64,000 nt of DNA from Callorhinchus milii (Eukaryota), in contig NW_024704743.1 in NCBI RefSeq assembly GCF_018977255.1, forward strand, positions 91,142,001-91,206,000, in the 5' to 3' direction. A model generated the notes under the pieces. That model was not told the origin of the DNA and made no database searches. It was given only the letters and a program-made list of their open reading frames with translations. This document shows, in pieces, positions 60,924 to 64,000 of the stretch (position 1 is its first letter; each line of letters starts with the position of its first letter). The translations under genes and the position numbers were made by a program.

Positions 60924-61336
60924 CTTTAAATAAAATCACAGGAATATTACATTACAATGACACAACAACAAATTTCATTTGTATATTGCCTTTCACGTTG
61001 GGAGGACGTCCCAACGTGCTGGGATGCAACTGAGCTGCAATACCCATGAACTGATTGATGGTTTGGCTAAAAATAGATCCTACAGCCTCACTTCCAATAT
61101 CAGTGAACACCTGCCTTTCAGCAGTTCATCATCAACACACAATTGAAACTTTGGGAATACATTAAATGGAAATCTGGTGTATTTGTAAAAAGACCAACAT
61201 TAATCCAAACAGCAGCATTTAACCCCCAAAGTTTTAATGAATGCGGTTGATCAGGGTGTAAACCACCCTTCTCAACCCAACAATAAATACTTAACATTTA
61301 TGCTACATTTACTTTAGCTCAATTTTGTGCATCGTT

Positions 61337-61656
61337 GAGTCCTGTAGCTCAGCGGTTAGAGCACTCGCCTTGCAAGCGAGATACTTGGGTTCAATTCCAG
61401 GCAGGTCAGGGCGAAACCTTGGTCAAGTTTCCCTACTCCACACGCCTAATAATAATAATCCCTCCAAAATACAAAACAATAATAAATTGGTCATTTTCAA
61501 TCCACGACTGTTTGTGGGACACTGCTGTGCGCAATTGGCTGCCGCGTTTCGCCCACAAATATACAGTCAATTCACTTTACAGTATATTCTGTGAAGCGCT
61601 TTGAGACGTCCAGAAGACATGAAAAGCACTATATCAAATGCAAGGATTATTATTAT
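61337..61656 (+). mobile_element. Deu SINE, short subfamily, full length
   Basis: Same consensus as 1545-1865. Confidence 0.92.
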
Positions 61657-62002
61657 AAATATGCAGGGGACTTCGTAACGCATGCATTGATGCTATCACA
61701 CATCATTGCGTATTGGCACTCAGTTAAATGTCACATAGAGCACAAGACCCAGTAAGTTTAAATGCTGCCATTTAGTGAGCAGGGTTAGAAATCCTCAGGA
61801 AACACAACAGTTAGAGCAGTGCAAGCAAGGTCCCCATCATTTTTCTTTCGGCCAGGAGCAGCAAGCAAGCTAGGCTATACTTATAACCTGAACGGCTACA
61901 CTTTAGCAAATTAGTGCAAAAATGCTAAATTAAATTTCAAACTAAAACAGAAGGATAGGCTGTCCTGAAACAAGGAAAGTACTAGATCTTAGTGAAACGT
62001 AC

Positions 62003-62067
62003 CAGTTCAGGGATTGGTACCTCGAGTTGTGTGCCAGAAGGGGCCTGGATGGCAAGCAATGTATCAC
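62003..62067 (-). CDS. E2F5: E2F5 65-nt exon
   Basis: [22 protein letters not shown] with CAG and GTACGT splice sites. Confidence 0.95.
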
Positions 62068-62968
62068 CTGCAACAGAACGGGAATATCTCACAGAGCATT
62101 ACAATCCAAGTTTTATAAAAAGCTACATACAAGCTATATAACTTGTGTTACTTAAAAACACCATTACATCAAGAACTTTGATGTCTTATGAAGGTCAGAC
62201 ATTGGCTTTCCTCACAGACTTCATATCATTATGGAGATGTCATAGTAACCATGTTTGTCTCATAGAACGTAGTTCACATAGGATCGAAAGGCAATGCTGT
62301 GGATTACTGGTGTAGATTTAAAATGAATTCTCAGATTTCCCCTTTTGTTAGCTTGTAGAACTAAAGAGTGTTTCAGGATTTAAACTGCCCCAAGGTCATT
62401 ATTTCTCTCCTTAACTCTGCAGGTACACCTGTTCTTCTCTGCTCCCGGTTCCTTTAACCAACTTCTGCTAATACAACTGCAAGAATTTTTATACAATTAT
62501 AATATAATAATAATGACCAGTAAATGCAAGAGTGCAGCGTGAAGATGACTATATTCACAACTTTCCATTTCTCCACAACAGGTACTGTGACTTTACTTCC
62601 TCAGACAGTTAGTACCACGCAGAATACATCTATCCCTTCACTGCAAGATAAATAGTGTGCTAGTACTCCAGACAACCTTGCCTAATTATGGAGATTACAT
62701 GGCAAAAATGGGGTTGCACAAAGCAGCTAGTTTCAGCTGTGTTGATGTGGATAGATGCTGAATTGAGGATTTAGGAATTGGAATTGAACAGTTTAGGGAA
62801 ACTCACACATGTGTACCACAAAGTGATTTTTTGAGGCATTGTCAGGTACCAAAGAGTATCAGTAGCAGAGGCCTGGGATCAGTTGAGAAAATAAACTGGT
62901 GAGAAAACCTAAGACACAAAAAAATTAAAAAAATTAATTTATGAGGAGTAAGAATAAGTCTCACAAAC

Positions 62969-63012
62969 CTTGAAAACACTTGCAGACATCTTCATGAGTG
63001 GTATATGCCAAT
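62969..63012 (-). CDS. E2F5: E2F5 44-nt exon
   Basis: AC acceptor after a TCCTTAAC branch site; (R)LAYTTHEDVCKCFQ; G|GT donor. Confidence 0.93.
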
Positions 63013-63575
63013 GTAAAATTGTTAAGGAGAATACCACACACGTCAGAGAGACTGGAGAAGTTGATTGGCTTTTGCAATCTGCCACAAATGGTTTCTACAC
63101 ACTTCGTTTCAAACCCATAAGCTTAATGCCACTTTGAAATTGCCATTTAAGTGCCTTAGAAACTTTCAGTAAAATTTCCAGTGTTTTACGGAAAGTAAAG
63201 ATCCTGTAATAGTAATAATACTTGCATTTGAAATAACGCCTTATCACATTTTCAAGACATCTCAAAGCGCATCACAGGATATTCTGTAAAATAGAATTGA
63301 CTGTGTATTTTGTGGGTGAAACAAGCAGCCAGTTTACGCAGAGCAATGTCCCACAAACAGCCATGGAGTGAATGACCAATTTTATTCGTGGGATTTGTGG
63401 CCTGGATACCGGGAGAAACTTCCTTCTCTTTTCGAATATTGCCATGGGATCTTTAACGTTCACCTGAACAGGCAGACAGGACCTCGGTTTAACATCTCAT
63501 CTGAAGGACATAATGTGCAATCTCAGATTATGGGGTTTGTGCAGATACTGAATGCAATTTAGCTGCAAAGGATAT
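63013..63575 (-). other. E2F5: U12-type (minor spliceosome) AT-AC intron of E2F5
   Basis: 5' site ATATCCTTT at 63575, branch site TCTCCTTAAC at 63030-63021, 3' end AC at 63014-63013; splicing here restores the frame (AG|A = Arg). Confidence 0.93.
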
Positions 63576-63737
63576 CTGCTGTTATGAGTATCATCTGTTA
63601 TATTTTCAATGCTCTGCTGCAGCCATATTTTCTGTTGATCAAGTTCTTTTTCCTTAATTTCCAGGTCTTCAATCTCTGCCTTGAGATGTTTTAATCGATC
63701 TATTATTTCCTTACTGTTGCACCCAGGACCAACGCCA
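63576..63737 (-). CDS. E2F5: E2F5 exon (leucine-zipper region)
   Basis: [56 protein letters not shown] acceptor; ends at U12 donor ATATCCTTT. Confidence 0.95.
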
Positions 63738-64000
63738 CTATTAATAGAAAAAAAGCTCCAGTTACAGCTGATTGATGTACAGTACGAACACGGATTGTGA
63801 TCACCTCAGTAATCCACAATTGCGGGCACATTTTCAGTCTCTTTCATCATCAATATTAAAAGATAGTCTGTCGGCTTCAGTAAACCGGGCACCTCACTAT
63901 TCAGTACAACGGTCATTGTTGCGGCTACAAGTGCTCTCCTCAGGTACAAACGCCCCCCTCCGCTACTAACCTGTACACAGTGCGCTAAGCCTCGGGCCTC

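Larger units (their letters stand above)
53921..63737 (-). other. E2F5: Gene span (partial, 5' exons off right edge): transcription factor E2F5, CDS join(63576..63737,62969..63012,62003..62067,60668..60923,58224..58268,53921..54036)
   Basis: Phases join correctly; coiled-coil dimerisation domain, marked box and pocket-protein-binding C-terminus ([14 protein letters not shown]) typical of E2F5. Confidence 0.95.

Overview
Vertebrate genomic DNA, rich in introns and transposons. The Deu-domain tRNA SINEs and L2/CR1 content suggest a cartilaginous fish, probably a chimaera (inference). Three known genes can be rebuilt exon by exon. (1) A cytosolic alpha-carbonic anhydrase on the minus strand: exons 1-4 at 9046-257, with the rest off the left edge. 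(2) RBIS/C8orf59 on the plus strand: complete 100-aa CDS at 32954-45252, behind a CpG promoter near 30.1 kb. (3) The 3' six coding exons of E2F5 on the minus strand (63737-53921), including a U12-type AT-AC intron. Gene order and orientation match the human E2F5-RBIS-CA13/1/3/2 locus. Between CA and RBIS lies an unexpected, apparently intact 3-exon gene (23180-27238, about 414 aa) encoding a Harbinger-transposon-type Myb/SANT protein with a coiled coil. It is the best candidate here for an undescribed, possibly domesticated gene. Also notable: a 24-bp minisatellite of about 48 copies that repeats the likely RBIS first splice donor, an unusual LINE that is neither L2 nor CR1 with inverted copies around the CA promoter, Penelope-type inverted repeats with degenerate hammerhead cores, and several nested or template-switch structures. 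All alignments and family assignments were made by eye; no searches were run.
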